Assembly (NCBI GenBank): GCA_963708025.1
Contig: CAVPSB010000044.1
Location: forward strand, 1 to 64,000
Reading direction: 5' to 3'
Source: an uncultured Candidatus Rokubacteria bacterium
GTDB taxonomy: Bacteria; Methylomirabilota; Methylomirabilia; Rokubacteriales; DASRDR01
DNA: 64,000 nucleotides
The notes below the pieces were generated by a model. That model was not told where the DNA came from. It made no database searches and saw nothing but the letters and a program-made list of their open reading frames with translations. Position 1 is the stretch's first letter. The number at the start of each line of letters is the position of its first letter. A program made the translations under genes and the position numbers. Below are positions 29,900 to 43,792 of the stretch, one piece after another.

Positions 29900-31243
29900 T
29901 CAGCGCACGACTCGGACGTGAGACGACCGGCGCCGGCGCAGGCGGAGCCGGACGGCGCACCCGGCGAAGCCGAAAGCCTCCCGGAGTTGGCTGATCAGAT
30001 AGCGCTCGTAGGAGAAGTGGAGCGCGCCGGGGTCGTTGACGAACAGGAGAAAGGTCGGCGGTCGGGTGCCGATCTGGGTCGCGTAGTAGATCTTCAGGGT
30101 CTTGCCCCGGACGCCCGCCGGCGGACGCCGGGTTGTGGCCGCGATGAGGGCGCGGTTCAGCTCCCCCGTCGACACCTGCCGGGCGTACTCGGTGGCGACC
30201 TGCTCGACCGTCTCGAAGAGCGAGTCCAGCCCGGTCTTCTCCTGGGCGGAGGTGAAGACCACCGGCGCATACGTCAGGAAGGGCAGGCGCTCGCGGAGGG
30301 CTCGGATGAGCACCGGGGCGCGGTCGGCACCCTCGACCAGGTCCCACTTGTTGAGGACCAGGATCACGGCGCGCCCGGCCGCCTCGGCGTAGCCGGCGAT
30401 GTGGGCATCCTGAGCCGTCACCCCGGCCACGGCGTCCATCACCACGAGGGCGAGATCGGCCCGCTCCAGGCTCCGGCGGGCCATCACCGCCGCCAGCTTG
30501 TCCAGCGCCTCCTCGGTCCGTCCCTTGCGCTTGAGACCGGCCGTGTCGACCAGCAGGTACGGGCGCCCGCGCACCGTGACGGGGGTGTCGATGGCGTCCC
30601 GGGTGGTCCCGGGCTCGGCGTGCACGACGACCCGCTCCTCCCCGGCGATCGCGTTGACGAGCGACGACTTGCCGACGTTCGGGCGGCCGACGACGGCGAT
30701 CCGCACGGAGTCGCCCTCGGCCTCCTCCTCGTGGGACCCCGGCAAGAGCGCGGCCGCCGCTTCCAGGAGGGCGTCCACGCCGCGAGCGCCTTCGGCGGAG
30801 ACCGGGAAGACCGTCCCCATGCCGAGCCGGTAGAGGTCGGCGAGCTGAGGCTCCTGGGCCTCGGTGTCAACCTTGTTGGCCACCAGGAGCACCGGTTTGG
30901 CCACCCGGCGCAGCAGGCGCGCCACCTCCGCGTCGAGCGGGGTCAGCCCCTCGCGCCCATCGACCAGGAAGATCAGGGCGTCGGCCTCGGCGATCGCTGC
31001 CAGGACCTGGGCCCGGACCTGCGCGGTGAGGCTCTCCCCGGCGCTCGGGTCGAGCCCGCCGGTGTCGATCACGGAGGCGCTCCAGCGGCCGAACCGGCAG
31101 AGGCCCCGGATCCGGTCACGGGTCACGCCGGGTGTGTCGCGGACGAGGGCCTTGCGGTTGCCGACCAGACGGTTGAAGAGGGTCGACTTGCCGACGTTGG
31201 GCCGGCCGACGATCGCGATCGTGGGGAGGCGGGTCGCACCCAC
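29900..31243 (-). CDS. der: Ribosome biogenesis GTPase Der
   Basis: Two GRPNVGKS P-loops, DTGG/DTAG, NKVD/NKWD, KH-like tail. Confidence 0.96.
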   Translation of the reverse strand: MGATRLPTIAIVGRPNVGKSTLFNRLVGNRKALVRDTPGVTRDRIRGLCRFGRWSASVIDTGGLDPSAGESLTAQVRAQVLAAIAEADALIFLVDGREGLTPLDAEVARLLRRVAKPVLLVANKVDTEAQEPQLADLYRLGMGTVFPVSAEGARGVDALLEAAAALLPGSHEEEAEGDSVRIAVVGRPNVGKSSLVNAIAGEERVVVHAEPGTTRDAIDTPVTVRGRPYLLVDTAGLKRKGRTEEALDKLAAVMARRSLERADLALVVMDAVAGVTAQDAHIAGYAEAAGRAVILVLNKWDLVEGADRAPVLIRALRERLPFLTYAPVVFTSAQEKTGLDSLFETVEQVATEYARQVSTGELNRALIAATTRRPPAGVRGKTLKIYYATQIGTRPPTFLLFVNDPGALHFSYERYLISQLREAFGFAGCAVRLRLRRRRSSHVRVVR

Positions 31244-31259
31244 GCGGTGGCCCTGGCGG

Positions 31260-32603
31260 TCAGCCCCGGCGGGCCGGACGGCGGCGGAACAGGGCGCCGA
31301 GCAGGCCCTCGGCCGTCGCGTCCGGGGTCTCCACGGGGACGCCGAGGTGGCGGGCCAGGTCGTCCGGCGCGGTGTCGTCGAGCAGCACGCCGCGGCCTTC
31401 GTGGAGGGCAACGCCCGGGATCAGCACCCGCTCGCCCACGCCCCGATCGAGCAGGGCCCGGGCGATGTCCTCCCCGGTCAAGAGCCCGGCGACCGAGATG
31501 GCCGGCCCGAAGAAGTCGTTGCGCACGGCGACGACGTCGATCGCCGGGGGCGGCAGCCCGGCGCCGTGGAGGAGCCGGCGCAGGACGGGCGCGAACAGCT
31601 CCCCGGTGACGATCGTCGCCGGCCCGGCCGGGCCGCTCCGGTCGCGCCGGCGCCCCATGGCCCGGGTGAAGGTCTCCTCGAACCGGCGCACGAGACCGAT
31701 GCCGTCCTCCACCACCGGAAAGCCCTCGTAGGCGGCGGCCGGGGGGATGGGCTCGCCCGCCTGGAGGTACAGCTCGTCGGCCGCGAAGACGATCCGGCTC
31801 CCGTGGCGCTCGAGATGCCGGGTCTGCCAGTCACGGATGGCCGCCAGCACCGCCCGCGCCTCGTCGGGGGTAAGGGCCCGCAGCGGATAGAGCCCGTCCC
31901 GATGGCGGGTGAGGCCGACCGGGACGACGGCGATCGTCGCCACCGCAGGGTAGAGCTCCGCCAGCTCCCGCACGGTGCGCTCGAGGTAAGGACCGTCGTT
32001 GAGGCCGGGGCACAGCACGATCTGGGCGTGCATGCGGATCCCGGCCTCGGCCAGGGACCGCATCCGCGCCATCAGCTCCCCCCGCATGGTCTTCGGCCGC
32101 CCGAGGAGGAAGTGCCGGAGCTCGGGATCCGTCGCGTGGACCGAGATGTACAGCGGCGAGAGATGCTGGTCGATGATGCGCTGGACCTCCTCGTCGGGGA
32201 GGTCGGTCAGCGTGATGTAGTTGCCGTGGAGGAACGAGAGCCGGTAGTCGTCGTCCTTGACGTAGAGGCTCTTGCGCAGCCCCTTGGGAAGCTGGTGGAT
32301 GAAGCAGAAGACGCACTTGTTGGCGCAGGTCGAGATCTCGGCCGGGGTGGGCGGCTCGCACTCGAGCCCCAGGTCCCGCCCCCACTCGCGGCGGAGCAAC
32401 ACCGCGTGCGTCTGACACCCGCGCTGGAGGTCGATGGCGAGGCGCTCTTCACCGGCCAGCACGTGGAAGTCGATGAGATCGCGCAGTGGGCGGCCATTGA
32501 CCCGCACCAGCCGGTCGCCGGGGAGCAGGCCGGCTTGGGCGGCCAGCCCGTCGGGCTCGACGCGAAGGACGCGCACGCCGATCTCCGGAACCCGCTTCGG
32601 CAT
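31260..32603 (-). CDS. PDZ + radical-SAM-like DUF512 protein
   Basis: CANKCVFCFIHQLP, KDDDYRLSF, SPLYISVHAT, VAGLLTG. Confidence 0.9.
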   Translation of the reverse strand: MPKRVPEIGVRVLRVEPDGLAAQAGLLPGDRLVRVNGRPLRDLIDFHVLAGEERLAIDLQRGCQTHAVLLRREWGRDLGLECEPPTPAEISTCANKCVFCFIHQLPKGLRKSLYVKDDDYRLSFLHGNYITLTDLPDEEVQRIIDQHLSPLYISVHATDPELRHFLLGRPKTMRGELMARMRSLAEAGIRMHAQIVLCPGLNDGPYLERTVRELAELYPAVATIAVVPVGLTRHRDGLYPLRALTPDEARAVLAAIRDWQTRHLERHGSRIVFAADELYLQAGEPIPPAAAYEGFPVVEDGIGLVRRFEETFTRAMGRRRDRSGPAGPATIVTGELFAPVLRRLLHGAGLPPPAIDVVAVRNDFFGPAISVAGLLTGEDIARALLDRGVGERVLIPGVALHEGRGVLLDDTAPDDLARHLGVPVETPDATAEGLLGALFRRRPARRG

Positions 32604-32643
32604 CCCGCTAGAATCCTCGAGGGGTCAAACGGGTCGAGTTCTT

Positions 32644-32844
32644 GGGGCGAGGCCGACGAGCGAGCAGCGCCCACAGGCCGGAGGCCGTCCAACCGACGCA
32701 GGGAGTCGCCCACCGCAGGCGTATGCCCCATACGCCGAGGATGGGCGACGACTGAGGACGACCATAGGTCGGGACGGACGCGAGGCCGTAGGCCGAGCGC
32801 GTCCCGGCTGAGATGGACGATGCGAAGCTCATCGGCCTCGCCCC
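32644..32844. repeat. Dispersed structured repeat family A, copy 1
   Basis: 18-bp terminal IR (17/18); core GGAGTCGCCCACCGCAGGCGTATG...CATACGCCGAGGATGGGCGAC shared with 43793 and 57012. Confidence 0.9.
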
Positions 32845-32845
32845 T

Positions 32846-33391
32846 CTACTGGGGGCCCCAGTCGATGTAGCGCGGCGCTAGCACCAGGTACTGGAGACCG
32901 GAGGCGATCGTCAGCGCCGCCGTGACGAGCAGGAGCGACGGGCGGATCGGCTCGAACAGCCGCACGTGCGCCGCCAGCAGGAGCGCCACCGCCACCGCCA
33001 CCATCTGGAAGACCGTGCTCGTCTTGCCGAGCATCGTGGGCGCCGGATGGATCTGACCGCCCGTCAGCATGATGAGCACGGCGACCAGGATCAGCACGAG
33101 ATCCCGGCTGAGCACGACGGCGGCGAGCCAGAACGGGAGGATGCGCGGCACCTTGTAGGTCAGGGTCACGAACGCGGCGGTGAGGAGCAGCTTGTCGGCC
33201 AGGGGGTCGAGGAAGGCCCCCAGCCGGGTCTTCGTTCCTCGCGTGCGCGCGATGTAGCCGTCCAGCATGTCGGTGATGCCGGCCGCGACGAAGGTCGCCA
33301 ACGCGAGAACCACCCGGTTGTAGACGAGCAGGGTCACGAAGACCGGGATCAGCAGGATGCGGACGATCGTCAGCCAGTTGGCCAGGCCCAT
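32846..33391 (-). CDS. CDP-alcohol phosphatidyltransferase (PgsA-like)
   Basis: ANWLTIVRI, TDMLDGYIAR, GAFLDPLADK. Confidence 0.92.
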   Translation of the reverse strand: MGLANWLTIVRILLIPVFVTLLVYNRVVLALATFVAAGITDMLDGYIARTRGTKTRLGAFLDPLADKLLLTAAFVTLTYKVPRILPFWLAAVVLSRDLVLILVAVLIMLTGGQIHPAPTMLGKTSTVFQMVAVAVALLLAAHVRLFEPIRPSLLLVTAALTIASGLQYLVLAPRYIDWGPQ

Positions 33392-33553
33392 ACCGGATCG
33401 ACTCTGACGCCTCCCACGGGGTCCCGAGAACCGCCGAAGGCCCCGGGAAGTGTCCCGGAGCCTTCGGTGCCGGCGCCGCCGGAGCGCGGGTGCGGAGGGC
33501 GGCGAGGCCGAGCCGCTCGCCGCCCTCCGCACCCGGCCGAAAGGCCCGCCGCC

Positions 33554-34792
33554 CTATTGCAGATCCACGTCGTCGAACGTCCCGACGCCCGCCAAGGTGA
33601 TGGCCACCTTCTTGGCCCCCTTGGGCACCTTGAACGTGGCGCGAATGGTCTTCGGGTCCCCGGGCGGAACCGTGCCGTTGTTGAACCCGTCCACCTTGAT
33701 CATGGCGGCGGTCTCGCCGGTGTCGTAGCTGAGGACCCCGCTCTTGTTCTCGTTGACCAGGACCCACTTCGACTGCTTGCTCCCCACCGCCCGCAGCGTG
33801 ACGACGACCGACAGTACGGCGCCCCGGACCTTGACCTCGTTGAGGTCGACGAGCAGCTCCTTGTCGTGGTCGGTCTTGATCGTCTGGATCACCTTGAGAG
33901 CCGAGGGCGTGCCGGTGGCGTCCGGCGGCGCCGTCGCCGCCAGAGTGGTGGGCGCCGCACCGGCCGCCGCGACCGACGCCTTCGCCGCGGCCGCCGCAGC
34001 CTGGGCCCCGCTGGCCCCGTAGTGGTAGTAGGTCGCCGGCGTCTTCGACACGATGAACTTCACCGCTTCCTGGATGCAGAGCCGGAGGGCCTTCTCGGTG
34101 GGCGTCTTGGACCAGCCGCCCAGCGCGCCCCCGAGCGCGCCGCCGGCGCCGGCGCCGGCGAGGGCCCCGCCCAGGGCGAAGTCCGTCGCCTTGCCTTCCA
34201 CGCTGGTGGCGGCCACGATCCGCGACGTCTTGGTGTCGACGACCCGGACGTCGATCGCCATGTGGGCGTTCTTGATGCCGCCCGCGATGCCGCCCAGGAT
34301 CCGGCCGGCGGTGCCGCCGATCCCGCCGATCCCGCCGCCGCCGCCCGACTGGGCCCCCTCGAACTCCGTCACCGCGCCGGTGATCAGGAGCTCGGCGCCC
34401 TCGATCTCGCCGGTGGGCGCCTCGGTGCCCTTCTTGATCCGGCCCGCCGTCGCGAGGTCCTGCTCCTTCAGCACGTCACCGAGCGTCTGGCGCTCCAGCA
34501 CGATGTAGCGGTTCGAGTGGAAGAGCGCGGTGGCCAGCATGTCGGACATGCCGTCCCCGATCGCCCCGGTCCACCACCCCTTCCCGGTCTTGTCGGTGAA
34601 GCGGTTCACCGCGACCCGGGCCTTCGGGCCGTCGTACGACTCCTGCTGGGCTTCCTCGATGCTCTTGCCCTCGGGATTCGTCACCGTGGCTTTCGGCTTG
34701 ATGAGCTGCGCCTGGGCGCTGCCCGCGAGCCCGAAGAGCAGGGCGACCACCACTAAGACGCTCCACGCCCGGACATCCCGCGACCCACTCAT
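33554..34792 (-). CDS. CsgG/HfaB-family exported protein with an extra C-terminal domain
   Basis: RVAVNRF, LATALFHSNRYIVLER, GAELLITGAVTEF, IDVRVVDTKT; RBS AAGGAGG. Confidence 0.8.
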   Translation of the reverse strand: MSGSRDVRAWSVLVVVALLFGLAGSAQAQLIKPKATVTNPEGKSIEEAQQESYDGPKARVAVNRFTDKTGKGWWTGAIGDGMSDMLATALFHSNRYIVLERQTLGDVLKEQDLATAGRIKKGTEAPTGEIEGAELLITGAVTEFEGAQSGGGGGIGGIGGTAGRILGGIAGGIKNAHMAIDVRVVDTKTSRIVAATSVEGKATDFALGGALAGAGAGGALGGALGGWSKTPTEKALRLCIQEAVKFIVSKTPATYYHYGASGAQAAAAAAKASVAAAGAAPTTLAATAPPDATGTPSALKVIQTIKTDHDKELLVDLNEVKVRGAVLSVVVTLRAVGSKQSKWVLVNENKSGVLSYDTGETAAMIKVDGFNNGTVPPGDPKTIRATFKVPKGAKKVAITLAGVGTFDDVDLQ

Positions 34793-34814
34793 GAGTCCCC
34801 TCCTTGAGGCGGCG

Positions 34815-36125
34815 TCACCCGCCCGCCGCGAGGCGGGCGCGACCAACCGTGACAGATGTCCCGACCGACTCTTCCCGATATGGCTCGACGACCCCGGCCA
34901 GGGCGCGCGGGATTTGCGCGTCGAGCCGGATTCCATCAGCGACGTCCTCCCGCCAGAGCACCTGACCCCGCGCGTAGATGAGGCTCACGACCCCGGCCCG
35001 GTCGTACGGCACCTTGAGCCGGCAGTGGAGCCGCGTCGCCCGGAGCCCGTCGTCGATCCCGGCCAGGAGCCGCTCGATGCCCGTCCCCTGCCGCGCCGAG
35101 ACCGCGATCCCTCCCTCGGCGGCGAGCTGCCGCAGGAGTCCGTCCCCGTCGACCAGGCGGTCCACCTTGTTGAGCGCGGTCAGGATCGGCTTGGCCTCGA
35201 GGGCCAGCTCGCCGAGCACCTGGTGCACCGCCGCCATCTGATCCTGCGCCCGCGGGTGGCTCGTGTCCACGACGTGGAGCAGGAGGTCCGCCTCCCCCAG
35301 CTCTTCCAGGGTCGCCTTGAACGCGGCCACGACCTGCGTCGGCAGCTTCCGGATGAAGCCGACCGTATCGGTCAGCAGGAACGGCGCGCGACCGCCGCCG
35401 TTGACCAAGCGCGCCGCCGGGTCCAGCGTCACGAAGAGCTGGTCGGCGGTGCGGCCGTCGGCGCCCGCGAGCCGGTTCAGCAGCGTGGTCTTCCCCGCGT
35501 TCGTGTAGCCGACCAGGGCCACCACCGGCAGCCCGACGTCCCGCCGGTGCACGCGCAAGAGCCGGCGGTGCCGCTGGACGTCCCGCAGGTCCGCGTTGAT
35601 CTGCCCGATCCGCCGCCGGATGACCCGCCGGTCCGATTCGAGCTGCGTCTCGCCGGGCCCCCGCGTCCCGATCCCGCCGCCCAGCCGCTCGAGGTGGGAC
35701 CACTGTCCCACCAGGCGCGGCAGCAGGTAGGTGAGCTGGGCCAGCTCAACCTGCAGCTTGCCCTCGCTGGTCCGGGCCCGCTGGGCGAAGATGTCCAGGA
35801 TCAGCGCCGTCCGGTCGATGACCCGGACGCCCACCGCCCGGGAGACGTTCCGCTCCTGGATGGGGGTCAGCGAGTCGTCCGAGATCAGCAGGGTCGCCCC
35901 CAGGCTCTTCGCCAGGCCGCGGACCTCGTCCACCTTGCCGCGACCGAAGTGGAGCGGTGGGGTCGGCGCCTCGCGCTCCTGGAGGACGCTCGCCAGCACC
36001 TGCGCCCCGGCCGACTCCGCGAGCCGGGCCAGCTCCTCAATAGACTCTTCGACCTCCCAGCGTCTCTGCCTCGGGAGCCGGAGGCCGACCAGAATGGCGC
36101 GGTCGGCGGCACGGTGCGTGACCAT
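34815..36125 (-). CDS. hflX: GTPase HflX
   Basis: DIFAQRA, GTRGPGETQLE, GYTNAGKTT, DTVGFI, NKVD. Confidence 0.96.
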   Translation of the reverse strand: MVTHRAADRAILVGLRLPRQRRWEVEESIEELARLAESAGAQVLASVLQEREAPTPPLHFGRGKVDEVRGLAKSLGATLLISDDSLTPIQERNVSRAVGVRVIDRTALILDIFAQRARTSEGKLQVELAQLTYLLPRLVGQWSHLERLGGGIGTRGPGETQLESDRRVIRRRIGQINADLRDVQRHRRLLRVHRRDVGLPVVALVGYTNAGKTTLLNRLAGADGRTADQLFVTLDPAARLVNGGGRAPFLLTDTVGFIRKLPTQVVAAFKATLEELGEADLLLHVVDTSHPRAQDQMAAVHQVLGELALEAKPILTALNKVDRLVDGDGLLRQLAAEGGIAVSARQGTGIERLLAGIDDGLRATRLHCRLKVPYDRAGVVSLIYARGQVLWREDVADGIRLDAQIPRALAGVVEPYREESVGTSVTVGRARLAAGG

Positions 36126-36144
36126 CCCCACGTCGAAGGTCAGG

Positions 36145-37125
36145 TTAGCCGAAAATACCCGCGCTCTCAATCAATTTTTTCGCTTCGGCGACCGCGGCGG
36201 CGCCGTCTTCGGGGCCGATCGTGACCCAGTGCGTGACCTCGGCCCGCGCGAACCAGGTCCACTGCCGCTTGGCGTAGCGGCGCGTGTCGCGCTTCATGGC
36301 GGAGACCGCGTCCGGGAGGGAGGCCCCTCGCGACACGACGGGCGCGAGATGCCGATACCCGATGCCCTGCATGGCCGGCAGGTCGGGCCCGTAGCCCGCT
36401 CCGAGGAGGCTTTCGACCTCGGCCAGGAGGCCGGCGGCGAGCATGCGATCGACGCGGGCGTCGAGGCGCGCGTAGAGCGCCTCCCGGGCCGAGGTCAGCC
36501 CGATGGCCACGACCCGGTAGGGGGAGCGGCCCGGGGGCTGGCGACGGCCCCGGACGGCGCTCGCTGGCTGACCGGTCAGCCGGGCGATCTCGAGGGCCCG
36601 GATCACGCGGACCAGGTCCCGGGGGTGGAGTCGGGCGGCGGTCGCGGGGTCGATGGCGGCCAGCCGCTGGTGGAGGGCGGCAGGCCCCTCGGCGGCGGCC
36701 TCGGCGCGAAACCGGCGCCGGAGGGCGAGATCCGCGGGCGGCACGGGCGACAGGCCGTGCAGCAACGCCGCCAGGTAGAGGCCGGTCCCGCCGACGAGGA
36801 CCGGCCAGCGGCCGCGGGCCCGGATGTCCGCGATCGCCGCCGCGGCGTCCCGGGCGAAGCGTGCCGCGTCGTAGGGCTCGTCCGGCTCGGCGACGTCGAG
36901 GAGGTGGTGGCGAAGGAGGCGCCGCTCGATGGCCGTCGGCTTGCCGGTCCCGATGTCCATCCGGCGGTAGACCTGCCGCGAGTCCACGCTGACCGCCTCG
37001 ATCGGCCACTCGCGCGCCAGCGCCACCGCCAGGGCGGTCTTCCCCACCCCGGTCGGTCCCACGATGGCCACCAGCGGAATCTCGGGGAGCGAGGGCGCGG
37101 CGCGCGACAAGACAGGGTCGACCAC
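36145..37125 (-). CDS. miaA: tRNA dimethylallyltransferase
   Basis: GPTGVGKT, DSRQVYR, GGTGLY, YAKRQWTWF. Confidence 0.96.
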   Translation of the reverse strand: MVDPVLSRAAPSLPEIPLVAIVGPTGVGKTALAVALAREWPIEAVSVDSRQVYRRMDIGTGKPTAIERRLLRHHLLDVAEPDEPYDAARFARDAAAAIADIRARGRWPVLVGGTGLYLAALLHGLSPVPPADLALRRRFRAEAAAEGPAALHQRLAAIDPATAARLHPRDLVRVIRALEIARLTGQPASAVRGRRQPPGRSPYRVVAIGLTSAREALYARLDARVDRMLAAGLLAEVESLLGAGYGPDLPAMQGIGYRHLAPVVSRGASLPDAVSAMKRDTRRYAKRQWTWFARAEVTHWVTIGPEDGAAAVAEAKKLIESAGIFG

Positions 37126-37129
37126 CAGC

Positions 37130-38835
37130 CTACCAGGTGCGGCGGAGATCCTTCTTGATCTCGCGCAGCGGGATCCGCGAGACGACAGGCCGGCCGTGCG
37201 GGCAGTAGAACGGGGTGGCCGTCCCCGCCAGGTCGCCGAGGAGCCGGGTCATCTCCTCCCGCGGCAGCGGCTGGTGGGCCTTGATCGCCGCCCGACAGGC
37301 GACGAAGGCCAGGACCCGGTCCAGCACCGGGGAGGTCACACGGCCCCCCTCGTCGTCGATCTCCCGGGCCAGCTCGTCGACCAGGCGCTGGGGCTCTTCC
37401 CCGCGAAGCAGAGACGGCACGCTGCGGAGGAGCAGCGTCGCCTCACCGAACTCCTCGAACGCGAAGCCCAAACGGTCCAGCTCCGGCCGCGCCCGCTCCA
37501 CCGCGCGGCGGCGCGCGGGCGCCAGCTCGAGCGGCTGCGGGAAGAGCAGGTCCTGGCCGGGCAGCGGCCCGGCGTCGAGCTCGCTCCGCAGGCGCTCGAA
37601 GACGACCCGCTCGTGGGCCACGTGCTGGTCGATGAAGAAGACCTCGTCGGGGGTATAGGCGACGATGAAGGTGTCCTCGATCTGGCCGATCGGCTGGCCG
37701 AAGAGCGCGGAGGCCTGGTAGTCGGCCTCGCGGTCGCGGAAGAGCGACACCTGCGCGTCGCCGCCGTCGTCCGGGCGGGGCAGCCCCGCCGGCTCGGGCG
37801 CGCCCGGGCCGCCGGGCGCAAGCGGCCGCACCGGCAGCACGTCGAGCTGGCGGAGCGCGCGGGAGATCGCCTGGTACACGAGGTCGTGAAGCGCCCGGGG
37901 CTGGCGGAAGCGCACCCAGGTCTTGGTGGGATGGACGTTGGCGTCCACCTCGGCCGGGCTCACCTCGAGGATCAGCACCGCGAGGGGGAACTGATCGCGC
38001 GGGAGCAGCGGACGGTACGCCTCGGTCAGCGCCTGGGTGAGGAGCGTGTCGCGGACGGCCCGGCCGTTGACGATCAGGTGGATGTCCTCCCGGTGCGAGC
38101 GCGAGAGCGAGGGCGGGGCGACCAGGCCAGCCAGGCGCGCACTTCCGCTCTCCCCGCTCACCTCGAGCAGCCGCTCGGCCAGCCCGAAGCCGTAGAGGCT
38201 CCCCACGCGGTCGCGTAGCGTGGCGGCCCGCGGGGCGTTCAGCGCGAGGCGCCCATTCGTGGTGAGCCGCACGTGCACCCCGGGATGGGCCAGCGCGAGC
38301 TGGGTCACCACCCGGAGAATGGCCGCCTGCTCGGTCGGCGGGCTCTTGAGGAACTTCGCCCGGGCCGGGGTGTTGAAGAAGAGATCCCGCGCCTCGACGG
38401 TCGTGCCCTCGGGGAGCTCGACATCGCCGGCCTCCTGCACCACGCCGCCCTCGCCCTCCATCAGGTAGCCGACGGGCGCCCCGCGGGTCCGGGAGGCCAG
38501 GCGCAGGCGCGAGACGGCGAAGATCGCCGGCAGCGCCTCCCCGCGGAAGCCGAGGGTGGCGATGGTGGCGAGGTCGGCCTCGTCGGCGAGCTTGGAGGTC
38601 GCGTGGCGCTCGAGCGCGAGCCGGCAGTCCTCGGGAGTCATGCCGTGGCCGTCGTCGGCGACGGAGATCAGCTGGCGGCCGGCGCCCCGGATGGCGACCG
38701 TGATCAGACTGCTGCCGGCATCCAGGCTGTTCTCGACCAGCTCCTTCACGACCGAGGCCGGGCGCTCCACCACCTCGCCGGCGGCGATCTTGTTGACGAG
38801 GGCGTCCGGCAGCCGCCGGACCGGACGCGGCTCGC

Positions 38836-38839
<4 letters not shown>
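37130..38839 (-). CDS. mutL: DNA mismatch repair MutL
   Basis: IAAGEVVERPASVVKELVEN, LGFRGEAL, DQHVAHER, ACRAAIK, CPHGRP. Confidence 0.96.
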
Positions 38840-41763
<2,924 letters not shown>

Positions 41764-41769
41764 GCCGGG

Positions 41770-42249
41770 TCAGGCCGGGAACCGCGGACGGAGTCGGCGG
41801 AAGGTCTCCTCGAGGCTCTCCGGCATTACCTTCACGGCGCCGACGACCGGCATGAAGTTCGTGTCGCCGGCCCAGCGGGGCACGATGTGGAGGTGGAGGT
41901 GACCCTCCACGCCGGCGCCGGCCGCTCGACCCACGTTGGCGCCGACGTTGAAGCCGTCGGGACGGTATTCGGCGCGCAGGGCAACCAGGGCCTGCTGGGT
42001 CAGGCGCCACAGATCGTGGCTCTCGGCCGCATCGAGGTCCTCGGGTGAGGCCACGTGGCGGACCGTCGCCGTCATCAGGTGACCCGGAGCGTAAGGGAAG
42101 GCGTTCAACATGAGGAGGGCGCTCGGAGCGCGGGTCAGGATGCCCTGCCTGGCATCATCGGCGGCCAGCACGGAGCAGAAGAGACAGCCGGCGGGCTGCC
42201 CGGCCCCGCTCACGTAGGCCATCCGCCACGGCGCCCACAGGAGGTCCAT
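41770..42249 (-). CDS. HIT-family hydrolase
   Basis: LWAPWR, CLFC, FPYAPGH, HLHLHIVPRW. Confidence 0.92.
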   Translation of the reverse strand: MDLLWAPWRMAYVSGAGQPAGCLFCSVLAADDARQGILTRAPSALLMLNAFPYAPGHLMTATVRHVASPEDLDAAESHDLWRLTQQALVALRAEYRPDGFNVGANVGRAAGAGVEGHLHLHIVPRWAGDTNFMPVVGAVKVMPESLEETFRRLRPRFPA

Positions 42250-42317
42250 CGACGGCAGCCGGCCTCAGGTCGATCTCGGCGCCCGGCGCTCACGGCCCGG
42301 TGCGCCGAGTGATTCCG

Positions 42318-42593
42318 TCATCCGTTGACGAGCTCCTTGAGACGCTTGCCCACCTTGAAGAACGGAACCCGCTTCTCCGGCACGCTCACGCTGGAGCCCG
42401 TCTTGGGGTTGCGGCCGCGCCGCGCGTTCCGGCGTCGAACCCGGAAGCTCCCGAATCCCCGCAGCTCGACCTTTTCGGCTTTCGCCAGGGCGCCCGTGAT
42501 GCTGTCGAAGATCGTGTTGACGATGAGCTCCGTTTCCTTCTTGGTGAGGTTCGAGACCTTGGCGACCTCGTCCACCAGGTCGGCCTTCGTCAT
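42318..42593 (-). CDS. ihfB: Integration host factor beta / HU-like
   Basis: MTKADLV, VELRGFGSF, GRNPKTG, PFFKVGK; follows rpsA-sppA. Confidence 0.88.
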   Translation of the reverse strand: MTKADLVDEVAKVSNLTKKETELIVNTIFDSITGALAKAEKVELRGFGSFRVRRRNARRGRNPKTGSSVSVPEKRVPFFKVGKRLKELVNG

Positions 42594-42711
42594 GGTGGGC
42601 ACGCTTGCTCCCCCTTCTCCGGCCAGCTCTGGCTCTCCTCCTCGCGTCAACGGCGCCACGGCAGCTGGCGCCTCCGCGCACGATCCCCAAGCGGGCCTCT
42701 GAGCGGCCCTC

Positions 42712-42741
42712 ACGCTATCACGGAGCGAAAACGCCTGTCAA
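42712..42741 (-). promoter_or_regulatory. Sigma-70 promoter of ihfB
   Basis: TTGACA-N18-TAGCGT with extended TG. Confidence 0.55.
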
Positions 42742-42823
42742 GCCGCATAGTTGTCATGCGCACTCCCGGTAAGGGTGCCGGACAGAGCCGTGTGGTGCCT
42801 ACGCCGGGGCCTCGGCCCCGGCA

Positions 42824-43738
42824 TTATTCCATCAGGTAGAGAGGAAGCTTGGTCGCTCCTAGCAGCGGCCACGGGGCGAGGGCGGCGCGCCCGGCGAGCA
42901 GCGTGCCGAGCGCGGTGTGGCTGCCGGCCCAATCGGCGAGGTCGGCCCAGCGGAACTGGCGGCGGGGACGCACGAGTTGCGGCTTGCCGGCGATGCCGGC
43001 GAGGGTGCCGGCCACCCGCACCGCGTCCTCGAGACCGCCCAGGCTGTCCACCAGTCCCAGCTCCTTCGCGCGGCGACCCGAGTAGACACGGCCGTCGGCC
43101 AGCTCCAGCACGGCCGCCCGGTCCAGGCGGCGTCCCTTGGCGACCGCCGTCACGAACTGATCGTACATGTCGTCGAGGAGTGTTTGTAGAATCGCCCGCT
43201 CCTCGGGGGTCATCGCCCGCGCGACGTTGCCCACGTCCTTGTGGCGGCCGGCCTTGACCACCTCGAAGTGGATGCCGACCTTCTTGAGAAGGCCCTCGAA
43301 CTCGGCGAGTTGGATCAGCACGCCGATGGAGCCGGTCAGGGTGCCGGGGTTGGCGACGATGTGGTCGGCGGCGACCGCCAGGTAGTAACCGCCGGAGGCG
43401 GCGAGCGCGCCCATCGACACCACCACGACCTTGCCCTTCTCGCGCACGCGCGCGATGGCGTCGTGGATCTCCTGGCTCGGGCCCACGACACCACCCGGGC
43501 TCTCGACGCGGACGACGATGGCCCGGATGGAGGCGTCTTCGAGGTGCTCATCCAGCTGGCGGACAACCGGCTGGGCGTCGACGATGAGCCCCTCGACCTC
43601 GACGAGCGCCACCCGGTTCCCGCCCAGCGTCCACTCGCCGCGCTCGGCGAGGACCAGGAGGCCGAGGATGGCGATGAAGCAGGCGGCGAAGACCAGGCCG
43701 GTGACCGCCAGCGCCGTCAGAACCCGCCGCCGCACCAT
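42824..43738 (-). CDS. sppA: Signal peptide peptidase SppA (S49)
   Basis: VESPGG, AASGGYY, TGSIGV, GLVDSLG. Confidence 0.93.
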   Translation of the reverse strand: MVRRRVLTALAVTGLVFAACFIAILGLLVLAERGEWTLGGNRVALVEVEGLIVDAQPVVRQLDEHLEDASIRAIVVRVESPGGVVGPSQEIHDAIARVREKGKVVVVSMGALAASGGYYLAVAADHIVANPGTLTGSIGVLIQLAEFEGLLKKVGIHFEVVKAGRHKDVGNVARAMTPEERAILQTLLDDMYDQFVTAVAKGRRLDRAAVLELADGRVYSGRRAKELGLVDSLGGLEDAVRVAGTLAGIAGKPQLVRPRRQFRWADLADWAGSHTALGTLLAGRAALAPWPLLGATKLPLYLME

Positions 43739-43792
43739 CAGCAGTCTACGATCCTTCTCGCGCGAAGCTCATGGCCGACGGGTCATACCGAA